A stretch of DNA of 32,000 nt, taken from contig NZ_FZMP01000219.1 of NCBI RefSeq assembly GCF_900196725.1, positions 1 through 32,000 of the forward strand, in the 5' to 3' direction. Of this stretch, positions 8,505 to 16,479 are shown piece by piece. A program made the position numbers and the translations under genes. The first letter of the stretch is position 1, and each line of letters starts with the position of its first letter. The notes beneath the pieces are model-generated. The model was not told where the DNA came from, ran no database searches, and saw only the letters and a list, made by a program, of their open reading frames with translations. This DNA is from Candidatus Methanoperedens nitratireducens. Lineage in GTDB: Archaea; Halobacteriota; Methanosarcinia; Methanosarcinales; Methanoperedenaceae.

Positions 8505-8515
8505 TATTGATCACC

Positions 8516-10225
8516 TCATGTCTTAATAGCTAAAATATATTCAAATTCATACAAATCAGTCAATGGATTTCCCCATTGCGATATCTTCTTCACATTCCAT
8601 AGTCCGTGCTTTTTAAGATATGCTACAATGCTCTGAATGTAGTCAAGACAATCTGCGGGAATATCTTTTCCTTTTTTAGGAGAATATTGCTCCCTTTCAA
8701 CATCTTTCATGACTTCTGCTGCTGCAAATCGTATGGCTTCTTCTTCGGAATATTTCTGTGCCATAGATGACATCAGTGAATCAAGTGCTGTTCTGAATAT
8801 TTTAACTCGTTTATAGGAACTGTTACCAAAGTGTTTTCCAAAAAGGATTTCCCCTTTTTTGGCTATTTCTTTCATTTCCAAATTCTCATCTCCTGACAAT
8901 TTTTTCAAATAATCTCCATTTCTATTTACCCAGTTTGCGAAGTTTTCAACATTACTTTTCACAAAAGGAACTACATTTATTGGAATAAATTTTTGAACAC
9001 GATGTAGTCCTTTCAATCCATCAAGTTGATTGATTAATTCTAATTGTTCTGTTTTTAATCCTGCATCCCTAAAATTACTGATCTGGTCAATCCCAATATT
9101 CTTTTCAAGTGTTGTTGGTTTTTCATTGTAAAAAACTTGATCATATGTTCTCATCAGAGTGTATGGACTGGTTGAAACGCATTTACATCCGCAATTAAGA
9201 CAAGCTTTTATGGCAGTATGAATCGCCCTTGCCCGCCTTGTGCTTATACTTGAATTATCTTTTTTTGAACGAATAGCCATCGGCTCGATGTGGAATGGCG
9301 TATTGAAATCTCCAAGTGTAAAGTCTAAGCCAAGTTTTTCTGTTTTTGTTCCTTGTACATCAAAATCAACTTTGCTCATTTGTTCGTGGAATGGATCCAC
9401 ATTAATAAAAATCGAATCAAAATAGAAATAGAAAAAAATCAAAATGTCGATTTCTTTAAATTGTCTAACTTTTATAATATCATTTATTAATTGAAATTCT
9501 ATCTGACAGGCTTCACAATAACGCTTATATTGGTCTATAAGTGAAGTACGTTTGGTAAAGCCACGTGTTTGTAAGAAGTGTTTTCCTGGTTTATATTCCA
9601 TTTCAGCGATTGCACCACACATAAAGCAAACCTGTTTTTTACCATTTGGAAAAGTTTCAGCCACAATCCCTTTTGATGTTTCTTCATTATATGTGCAGAT
9701 TAATTGGATTATCGAATCTAATAAAGACGATTCTGCTTCTAATTTAGATAAGATGGCATTTTTTACAGAATCATGCAATAATTTGAGAGGTTCAATGTAA
9801 TTATTGTTATTTTGCACAAGTTCGTGAACAGTATATGGCTTGCATTTTTGCCCACCAACATCCTCTTTATCTGAAAAATTCTGGCGAATTTGTCCAATTT
9901 TATGCAATATCTCTTTTAAATTATCATCATTACAGAATTTTTCTAAATCTGGAAACTTTGTCCAATCAGAGCCTTTTTTATCACTATAAATAAAATACGT
10001 GATACATGCGAGAGATTCTTGAATTACTTTATCTTGTGGATATATTGTTTTTCCAAGAGCTGTTAATAGACCGGATTCTGTTTTCTTACGTACAGCTTCA
10101 ACGTAAACTTCGAAACGTTCATTTTTATTGAGAGGAACCGAAAGAAGAGGTGCTAAATCAAATTTTCTATCCGTAAAATCGGGTTTAGCATGCATTTTTT
10201 CAATAAGTTCTGTAGTGATCAACAA
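8516..10225 (-). CDS. CRISPR effector large subunit (Cas10d/Csc3-like or Cas8-like) lacking an HD domain
   Basis: 569 aa in the large-subunit slot upstream of cas7. It has a CxxC...CxxC zinc-finger-like element (CFMCGAIAE...YCEACQIE), a further Cys cluster (ACLNCGCKCV), and a helical C-terminal ~120 aa. The start is TTG at 10225 or ATG at 10195. The family assignment is positional plus motif-level only. Confidence 0.55.
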   Translation of the reverse strand: MLITTELIEKMHAKPDFTDRKFDLAPLLSVPLNKNERFEVYVEAVRKKTESGLLTALGKTIYPQDKVIQESLACITYFIYSDKKGSDWTKFPDLEKFCNDDNLKEILHKIGQIRQNFSDKEDVGGQKCKPYTVHELVQNNNNYIEPLKLLHDSVKNAILSKLEAESSLLDSIIQLICTYNEETSKGIVAETFPNGKKQVCFMCGAIAEMEYKPGKHFLQTRGFTKRTSLIDQYKRYCEACQIEFQLINDIIKVRQFKEIDILIFFYFYFDSIFINVDPFHEQMSKVDFDVQGTKTEKLGLDFTLGDFNTPFHIEPMAIRSKKDNSSISTRRARAIHTAIKACLNCGCKCVSTSPYTLMRTYDQVFYNEKPTTLEKNIGIDQISNFRDAGLKTEQLELINQLDGLKGLHRVQKFIPINVVPFVKSNVENFANWVNRNGDYLKKLSGDENLEMKEIAKKGEILFGKHFGNSSYKRVKIFRTALDSLMSSMAQKYSEEEAIRFAAAEVMKDVEREQYSPKKGKDIPADCLDYIQSIVAYLKKHGLWNVKKISQWGNPLTDLYEFEYILAIKT

Positions 10226-10227
10226 TT

Positions 10228-11028
10228 TTAATTTTGAGGGATCAATATTAATTCTATTTTTGATAAATATAGTATGCCTTGAGGAGATATTAATAGTGGA
10301 ATACCACCGGACGTTACCAAAAACTTCTTTGCGTTTCGATATACAATTTGAGATAAAAGTTGCTGAGGCATTTCAGGTAACAAAAGAAGATGAACATCAT
10401 GACCTTCATTTTTTAATCTTTTGTAAATCTCTTGCAAAGGATACTCTGATTTGCTTAAACTCGAAACTTTATCTCCCAATTTTATATAAGGCATGAGTCT
10501 GGCATATTTAGGTCTTGAGAACCTTGTTTCGTACTGCGCTTCATCAGATTCTTGTGCATGCTGGACAAGAAATGCAATCTCTTCAAGTTCATCCTCCCAT
10601 TCAGGAAAATAAGTTTTGAGATTGAATGGGTCTGTTACAAAATAATCCTTTATCAATGCAACGTGATTTCCTGAAAAATCAGCATTTCTGGTTTCATTAT
10701 AATATTTATTGGCATCATGGAGCGTCAGCGCCGTACAGAGTAATTTAATTTCATGTGGTTTTGGAAGCGCCTGTCCGGTCGAATAACGGTCATGGATATA
10801 AAGAATTGAACCTGTAAAAACTGCTGTAATAGTGTGTGCTGGGAAACTCAGCGCCCGCTGAAATTTTGCGTCTAATCGAGCGGAATTTTTGAATAGCGGC
10901 GCAACAACTGTTGAGACATAATCTGTGAGATATAATTTAATAGTTGTATATGCATCATCCTTTTCACTGATTATCTTTTCCAGATTCTCTTCTGAGAACT
11001 TTTCTAATGGATCTTCTATATTATTCAT
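10228..11028 (-). CDS. Standalone HD-domain nuclease (Cas3''-like / Cas10d N-terminal-domain-like)
   Basis: 266 aa from the ATG at 11026-11028, which forms an ATGA overlap with the cas6 stop. The track ORF's extra N-terminus MRVGGSEGGGGGE is read-through of the cas6 3' end. Candidate HD-superfamily motifs: FPAHTITAV (H), LTLHDANKY (HD), FLVQHAQESD (H...D). Confidence 0.6.
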   Translation of the reverse strand: MNNIEDPLEKFSEENLEKIISEKDDAYTTIKLYLTDYVSTVVAPLFKNSARLDAKFQRALSFPAHTITAVFTGSILYIHDRYSTGQALPKPHEIKLLCTALTLHDANKYYNETRNADFSGNHVALIKDYFVTDPFNLKTYFPEWEDELEEIAFLVQHAQESDEAQYETRFSRPKYARLMPYIKLGDKVSSLSKSEYPLQEIYKRLKNEGHDVHLLLLPEMPQQLLSQIVYRNAKKFLVTSGGIPLLISPQGILYLSKIELILIPQN

Positions 11029-11879
11029 CTCTCCGCCTCCTCCACCCTCACTTCCACCCACCCGCACCCCCGGCTCACCCCGCTCCCCAGCCCGCTGTAT
11101 TCCGCGAACTGCGCAAGGATGAGCGCCGCATTCCTGACAGATACAGGCGCATCCTTTGTGAACCAGTATGTGCAGCTTCCTGTAAAGCCCTGTTTGAAGA
11201 TGGGGCGCGGATGCCCTTTGTTCCCGTCAAATACTGTGTTCACCATCACGGAATGAGTTCTATATGCCTTTGCATCTGGTTTTTCCACAAGATATCTCTC
11301 AATATCATCATCTGAGAGCGCAAGCCTCATCTCTTCAGGGCACACGCTATTCCACTTCGACTGGAGAGACCTGAAAACAGCCAGCCTGTGGGGGAACATC
11401 TCAGTTACCTCGCTGTTCCTGTACTGGATGCAGGTTGGACTTAAGAAGTCAAAAATGAGTTTCGGGCGGATACATCTTGATGCAGACTCAAGTATCTCTT
11501 CGAAGGTCTTTGTTGTGCTTGAAAAATCTTCGATCATGAGTTCTCCGCTTTCAAGGTCAAGATTTCGTCTGTCAAAGATGAGGGGCTTCACCATCGCCTG
11601 AAATATCTTTGTCTCAGCAGGGTCTGTCACGCCAATATGGAACATGTACCTCTCACCCGGCGCCACCCTCTTGAAGTTGGGGCGGTCGCTTCTGAAGAAC
11701 CTGCCCTTCAGCCCGCTTAAATGGATTGAACTCCTGTATGAATCATGCACAAGGCTGCTTGCTTCATCATCTGCCTCTTTCATACACGAAAGGAGAGATG
11801 AGTACAGCCTGTACCCTTCACTTGTGGGAATATCGAATTCTGATAGGGGTCTTGTGGTGACCTTGATTTGCTGCACCAT
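11025..11879 (-). CDS. cas6: Cas6 crRNA endoribonuclease
   Basis: 284 aa with a double-ferredoxin-like layout and the C-terminal glycine-rich loop GLGSGVSRGCGW characteristic of Cas6. It is the first gene of the operon. A TATA-like TTTATATATAAG on the minus strand (~11900-11912) lies about 27 nt upstream of the ATG. Confidence 0.85.
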   Translation of the reverse strand: MVQQIKVTTRPLSEFDIPTSEGYRLYSSLLSCMKEADDEASSLVHDSYRSSIHLSGLKGRFFRSDRPNFKRVAPGERYMFHIGVTDPAETKIFQAMVKPLIFDRRNLDLESGELMIEDFSSTTKTFEEILESASRCIRPKLIFDFLSPTCIQYRNSEVTEMFPHRLAVFRSLQSKWNSVCPEEMRLALSDDDIERYLVEKPDAKAYRTHSVMVNTVFDGNKGHPRPIFKQGFTGSCTYWFTKDAPVSVRNAALILAQFAEYSGLGSGVSRGCGWVEVRVEEAER

Positions 11880-12016
11880 GCAGATTACCTATGAGACGCT
11901 TATATATAAAGTTTCCTAAATATTGAAATAGTTTCATAATTGTGCATATTTGATATTTTGATTGCACAAATTTGAAATATAAAACTTAATATGCAATAAA
12001 TGCATACTTTAATTCG

Positions 12017-12655
12017 ATGAAGACATATATTTCAACTATCGGATTCGATGTTTCCCAGATCATCTCTCTGATAGTCAAATACGGTATCGAGAAAGGTGAC
12101 CGCTTCGTGCTCATACGACCTGAAGAAGAGAATGACAAAAGAGCTGAAAATACGCTGAATGAGATTCAGAAATTCACAAATCAGATACATCATGAGATAA
12201 AAATCGAGGTATTCCGTGTTCCTCATAATGATTTTGAAGGGTGTGTGATAAAACTGATGGAACTCATTAGTTCCTCAGAGGGTGAGGTCATAGCCAACAT
12301 GTCAGGCGGTCCGCGCGAGGTTCTTGTTCCCTTTGTAGTTGCCTGCCTTGTGGATTCTCATAAAATAAAGAAGACGGTCTCCTTCAGCGATATAGACAGA
12401 ATGGCTCGCGAGATATCGCTTCCCCGGATAACCTGCTTATTGGATGAAAAGACAAAGCGCATATTATCAGATATAGCAAAACATCAGCCCACAACCATCA
12501 CCGGGATAGCAAAAAGGACAAAACTCTCGGAAAGCACGATCTCTCGATTCATAACAAGACTGGCAGATATGAATGCTGTTCTGATCGGTCAGAAAGGCAG
12601 GATAAAAAAGATTACTGTATCATTTACAGGTAATGTTTTATTGAGGAGCAGCTAA
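12017..12655 (+). CDS. csa3: Csa3-type CRISPR locus regulator (CARF domain + winged HTH)
   Basis: 212 aa. The N-terminal Rossmann-like CARF domain starts MKTYISTIGFD and contains NMSGGPREV. The C-terminal wHTH reads ILSDIAKHQPTTITGIAKRTKLSESTISRFITRLADMNAV. It is divergent from cas6. Confidence 0.8.
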   Translation: MKTYISTIGFDVSQIISLIVKYGIEKGDRFVLIRPEEENDKRAENTLNEIQKFTNQIHHEIKIEVFRVPHNDFEGCVIKLMELISSSEGEVIANMSGGPREVLVPFVVACLVDSHKIKKTVSFSDIDRMAREISLPRITCLLDEKTKRILSDIAKHQPTTITGIAKRTKLSESTISRFITRLADMNAVLIGQKGRIKKITVSFTGNVLLRSS

Positions 12656-12724
12656 TGCAATGGATTCTTGATGTGCATTTCAGGTATATATAAAACTTTT
12701 TTAAGTCATATGAGAGTAGTTTAC

Positions 12725-13207
12725 TCATTTCTGTTCCAGATTCCACAACTCATCCCCGACGTAATGTATGGATTTGATAGCCTTGCCTTTTTTTCCTGGC
12801 ATCTCATTGCCCGCCATAAGCGCCCTTCCGATCGCCAGAGCCTTGCCGTGTGCCTTCTCCACCACTATTACGAGATCACCCTCTTTTATCGAGGGATCGG
12901 CTTCCACTACCCCTGGACCCATCACATCAGCGCCGTTTATGATGAATTTCACGGCGCCGGAGTCAACTACAACCCTCCGGCGTATCGGGTTAAGTTTGAG
13001 TGCGCCCTTTACCGTGGGAAATACCTTTCCTTCGACTTTAAACAGCATCGGCTCACCTTCCACGAAGATGAAATCCCACTCATCCGTCGCAACATGTTCA
13101 AGCTTTTTATTTATAAAAGCCGATGCGTCCCCGAAAGCTTCTACAATATCGTTTATAAGGGCCTTCTCATCGGTCTTTCTTAATACATTCCGTGATTTTA
13201 TTTTCAT
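12725..13207 (-). CDS. PUA-domain RNA-binding protein
   Basis: C-terminal PUA pattern VVVDSGAVKFIINGADVMGPGV...GDLVIVV...GKALAIGRALM. I prefer the ATG at 13205-13207 (MKIKSRNVLRK). The longer track ORF begins at a TTG (13240). Confidence 0.75.
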   Translation of the reverse strand: MKIKSRNVLRKTDEKALINDIVEAFGDASAFINKKLEHVATDEWDFIFVEGEPMLFKVEGKVFPTVKGALKLNPIRRRVVVDSGAVKFIINGADVMGPGVVEADPSIKEGDLVIVVEKAHGKALAIGRALMAGNEMPGKKGKAIKSIHYVGDELWNLEQK

Positions 13208-13291
13208 TGCCACCAATAGTTTTAAGTATTCTACTGACAACTTTGGTGCACTATTGTGTTAATGGTTTAATAACTTTATCAGGAGCGTTTT

Positions 13292-13507
13292 ATGGGAAAC
13301 AGACCCCTCGACATTCTAAACAATGCGTTAAACAAATCAGTGTTGGTACGGCTAAAAGGAGCCAGGGAATTCAGAGGAGAATTACAGGGATACGATATGC
13401 ATATGAACCTTGTACTGGCAAATGCCGAGGAAATAAAAGAAAGTGAATCAAAGAAACTTGGAACAGTTGTGGTGCGCGGGGATAATATTGTATTCATTTC
13501 CCCTTAA
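13292..13507 (+). CDS. Sm-like (LSm) archaeal protein
   Basis: 71 aa with Sm1/Sm2 motifs ([26 protein letters not shown] ... [11 protein letters not shown]). AGGAG lies upstream of the ATG. Confidence 0.9.
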   Translation: MGNRPLDILNNALNKSVLVRLKGAREFRGELQGYDMHMNLVLANAEEIKESESKKLGTVVVRGDNIVFISP

Positions 13508-13523
13508 CAAGAGGTGATAATAA

Positions 13524-13694
13524 ATGTCAAAAGGTACGCCTTCAATGGGTAAACACCAGCATAAAACACACGTTAAATGCAGGAGATGCGGACACGTATC
13601 ATTCAATACCCATACAAAGATGTGTGCATCATGCGGGTTCGGTAAGACCGCACGCATGAGATCCTATAAATGGCAAGAAAAATGCGGATATTAA
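13524..13694 (+). CDS. rpl37e: 50S ribosomal protein L37e
   Basis: 56-aa ORF below the track cutoff: [56 protein letters not shown]. It has the C4 zinc ribbon of L37e. GAGGTGA Shine-Dalgarno at 13511-13517. The Sm-L37e gene pair is conserved in archaea. Confidence 0.9.
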   Translation: MSKGTPSMGKHQHKTHVKCRRCGHVSFNTHTKMCASCGFGKTARMRSYKWQEKCGY

Positions 13695-13705
13695 GGTGAG
13701 AACTG

Positions 13706-15106
13706 TTGCATGAAGAATGCGGTGTGGTCGGAGTCTCATTTAAAGATGAGGCACCCGCCGCGCTGTCTATCTATTATGCGCTTTATGCTCTTCAGCACAG
13801 GGGACAGGAATCCGCAGGCATAACGGTCCACGATGGAGCCCAGGTCAGGACTTTAAAAGGCATGGGACTGGTGCCCGAGATCTTTAATCGGCAGGATATC
13901 CAGAGGTTAAAAGGGCATGTGGGCATCGGGCATGTCCGATATTCGACAACAGGCAGCTCAAAGATCGAGAATTGCCAGCCGCTCCTTGTCAGCTTCAAAA
14001 GCGGTAATATAGCGATAGCCCATAACGGCAATCTTGTCAATTCAAAGGAACTGAGAACCGAGCTTGAAAAAGAAGGCAGGATATTCCTTTCCGATTCGGA
14101 CACCGAGGTCATAGCCCATCTCCTGGTCAAAAAACTGATGAACTATGAACTGGAGGATGCTGTCCAGGAGTTGATGAAACTCCTCATCGGTTCTTATTCG
14201 CTCGTCATCCTGATAGATAACAGTCTTATTGTCGTTCGGGACCCCCTGGGCATCAAGCCCCTGTGTCTTGGACAGATAGATAATGGTTATGTTGTGACTT
14301 CAGAAAGCGCTGCCATCGATATTTTGAACGGACAGCTTATCCGTGATATAGCTCCGGGCGAGATGCTCATATTCAGCAACGGCAGCTATGAGAGCAAGCA
14401 TCTTGTAAAATCCAGGAACCATGCCCACTGCGTGTTCGAATACATATATTTTGCCCGGCCTGATTCGGTCATAGACGGCGAGCTTGTTTATAATGTGAGG
14501 ATGCGCATTGGCAAAACGCTTTTTGAGGAGCATCCGGCTAAAGCGGATATAGTTTCTCCTGTTCCCGACTCCGGGATAACATATGCAATAGGTTTCTCAA
14601 AAGAGTCAGCTATAGACTATATGGAAGGGCTGATGAAAAACCGCTACATAGGCAGGACGTTTATTATGCCGGGGCAGGACATGAGAGAGACCGCTGTACG
14701 TCTAAAGCTCAACACCATAAGACCGAACATCGAAGGCAAAAGTGTGGTGCTGGTGGATGACAGCATCGTGCGCGGGACGACTTCGAGACGTATAATTGAC
14801 CTGATGCGCAAGTCCGGGGCAAGGGAAATCCACGTGCGGATCGCAAGCCCGCCCATCATCTCACCCTGCTACCTGGGTATTGATATGGCTACAAGGGAAG
14901 AGCTCGTAGCGGCACATAAAGCTGTAAAAGGCGTTGAGGCTGTGATAAACGCTGACTCGCTTGGATATATAAGCCTTGAGGGGCTGGTGAAGTCTATCGG
15001 GATTCCGCTTGATGACCTGTGCGTCGGATGCCTGACCGGTGAGTATCCGGTTGAAATCCCGGGCGAGAGGTGTACAAGGAGACAGTTGAAGCTGTCGGAG
15101 TTTTGA
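13706..15106 (+). CDS. purF: Amidophosphoribosyltransferase (glutamine PRPP amidotransferase)
   Basis: 466 aa. A short propeptide is followed by the catalytic CGVVG, then YALQHRGQESAGI, a PRPP-binding loop VVLVDDSIVRGTT, and C-terminal cysteines. It starts at TTG (13706); no in-frame ATG is nearby. Confidence 0.9.
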   Translation: MHEECGVVGVSFKDEAPAALSIYYALYALQHRGQESAGITVHDGAQVRTLKGMGLVPEIFNRQDIQRLKGHVGIGHVRYSTTGSSKIENCQPLLVSFKSGNIAIAHNGNLVNSKELRTELEKEGRIFLSDSDTEVIAHLLVKKLMNYELEDAVQELMKLLIGSYSLVILIDNSLIVVRDPLGIKPLCLGQIDNGYVVTSESAAIDILNGQLIRDIAPGEMLIFSNGSYESKHLVKSRNHAHCVFEYIYFARPDSVIDGELVYNVRMRIGKTLFEEHPAKADIVSPVPDSGITYAIGFSKESAIDYMEGLMKNRYIGRTFIMPGQDMRETAVRLKLNTIRPNIEGKSVVLVDDSIVRGTTSRRIIDLMRKSGAREIHVRIASPPIISPCYLGIDMATREELVAAHKAVKGVEAVINADSLGYISLEGLVKSIGIPLDDLCVGCLTGEYPVEIPGERCTRRQLKLSEF

Positions 15107-15400
15107 GATTTTTTATTAATACTATTGCAAAAATCAATATAATAGTGTCGTATAGTAATATTAAACAATTTGAAAATCTAATAAGAAAATCAGACAAGTT
15201 TATGCAATCATTTTCTGTAATGCCTAATATACAAAACTTAATACGCGATGCGAAATATTTAGAGCGGCAGGCAACAAAAATCAAGATATCCGTTGTTTAC
15301 CAATCCTGAAAGACCCGTCTGGATGCCTTCCCGCGAGTACACCGAGCAGGACGCTGACGACGCCTTACAGAAAAGCAATAGCTATCTTAAAAGCTATTAA
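15107..15400 (+). pseudogene. Possible eroded HEPN-domain gene remnant (N-terminally truncated and frameshifted)
   Basis: Frame A (track ORF 15070..15309) reads ...NIKQFENLIRKSDKF...NIQNLIRDAKYLERQ. A second frame, open from 15263, reads SGRQQKSRYPLFTNPERPVWMPSREYTEQDADDALQKSNSYLKSY and stops at 15398-15400. That resembles the RYP...P..yteeeAeeal C-terminal half of HEPN domains. No partner nucleotidyltransferase gene is present. Confidence 0.3.
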
Positions 15401-15467
15401 AATGTTTCATAAAGTTAATAGAAAACTAAAAATGAGGGAACTTATATTAAAAGACTGAGGCATAAGT

Positions 15468-16100
15468 ATGGGCATAATAAAAAGACTGGGGATAAATTTC
15501 TCCTGGTTAAAAAAAATATTCAAAAAAAAGACTGCGAGAATTGGAATATACGGTCCTCCCAATGCGGGTAAGACCACACTGGCGAACAGGATCCTCCGTG
15601 ACTGGACCGGCGACGCGATGGGTTCGGTATCCCATATACCCCATGAAACCCGGAGAGCGCGAAGGCGCGAGGATGTGACAATCCAATCCAATGGCTCTTC
15701 TGTGATGCTGGACATTATCGATACCCCGGGGCTTGCTACAAAGATAGATTTCCACGATTTCATGCAGTTCGGTCTATCCGAGGATGAATCGAAGAGACGC
15801 GCGAAAGAAGCCACAGAAGGTGTGATCGAGGCTGTGAAATGGCTGGATGAACTTGACGGCGTGATACTCGTTATGGACGCTACCGAAGACCCCTATACGC
15901 AGGTGAACGTAACGGTTATAGGTAATATGGAGGCGCGGAAGCTTCCGCTTTTGATAGCAGCTAATAAGATAGACCTGCCCAACTCCTCGCCTGCAAGGAT
16001 ACACAGTGCCTTCCCACAGCATCCCCTCGTACCAATATCTGCCCTTGAAGGACAGAACATAGATTTGCTGTATAAAGAAATCGCAGAACACTTCGGGTGA
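15468..16100 (+). CDS. Small GTP-binding protein (archaeal, Era/MMR_HSR1-like)
   Basis: 210 aa with G1 GPPNAGKT, G3 DTPG, G4 NKID and G5 SAL. Confidence 0.85.
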   Translation: MGIIKRLGINFSWLKKIFKKKTARIGIYGPPNAGKTTLANRILRDWTGDAMGSVSHIPHETRRARRREDVTIQSNGSSVMLDIIDTPGLATKIDFHDFMQFGLSEDESKRRAKEATEGVIEAVKWLDELDGVILVMDATEDPYTQVNVTVIGNMEARKLPLLIAANKIDLPNSSPARIHSAFPQHPLVPISALEGQNIDLLYKEIAEHFG

Positions 16101-16105
16101 TAATC

Positions 16106-16477
16106 ATGAAAGGACCTGTAATAAAAGGAATTCAGTTGGACTTAATATCGGAAGATATGCTTGAGAGCATGACCTCAATGGAAAAGGTGCGTTTGATCCT
16201 TGACGAGGTAAGGAACGGGAAAATCCTTATACTTGAAAAAGGTCTTACCCCGAGCGAGCAGACAAAACTGATAGAGCTTACCATGACGGAGATAGCGCAG
16301 GATGATTTCGCGGGAATAGAGATAGAGAGTTATCCTGTAAAACAGAGCGATACTTTCTTTAACAAACTGCTCGGGAAATCCTCGCTCAAGACCAGGCTTA
16401 CCGTTATCGGTCCTGCCGCGCAGCTAAAGACCATAAAAAAGGACAGGGACCTGATAAGTGCCCTTGTTTCACCGTAA
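16106..16477 (+). CDS. Conserved archaeal protein (DUF2073-like), partner of the GTPase
   Basis: The ORF follows the GTPase stop directly. GGTGAT Shine-Dalgarno 4 nt before the ATG at 16106; the track ORF starts at GTG 16097. No recognisable catalytic motif. Confidence 0.65.
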   Translation: MKGPVIKGIQLDLISEDMLESMTSMEKVRLILDEVRNGKILILEKGLTPSEQTKLIELTMTEIAQDDFAGIEIESYPVKQSDTFFNKLLGKSSLKTRLTVIGPAAQLKTIKKDRDLISALVSP

Positions 16478-16479
16478 TT

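Noticed and set aside
10215-10240. Possible frameshift joining the HD ORF to the large-subunit ORF, by analogy with cas3'.
   Set aside because: There is no homopolymer or slippery heptamer at the junction. The upstream extension of the large-subunit frame translates to low-complexity sequence (…INISSRHTIFIKNRINIDPSKLK). The HD ORF ends at a clean TAA. I treat them as two genes but flag the junction for read-level checking.
11026-11110. A strikingly C-rich tract on the plus strand, and the Gly-rich N-terminus MRVGGSEGGGGGE of track ORF 10228..11067.
   Set aside because: The tract encodes the Cas6 C-terminus, including its glycine-rich loop (GLGSGVSRGCGW) and VEVRVEEAER, on the minus strand. 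The Gly-rich extension is an alternative-frame read-through upstream of the real ATG at 11028.
12668-13262. Long antisense or shadow ORFs. Examples: 430..795, 1736..2140, 2140..2631, 12668..13183, 12768..13262, 14869..15168, 15407..15814, 28417..28764, 30281..30703, 30707..31027.
   Set aside because: They lie opposite or out of frame to well-supported genes, have low-complexity or biased composition, and carry no recognisable motifs.
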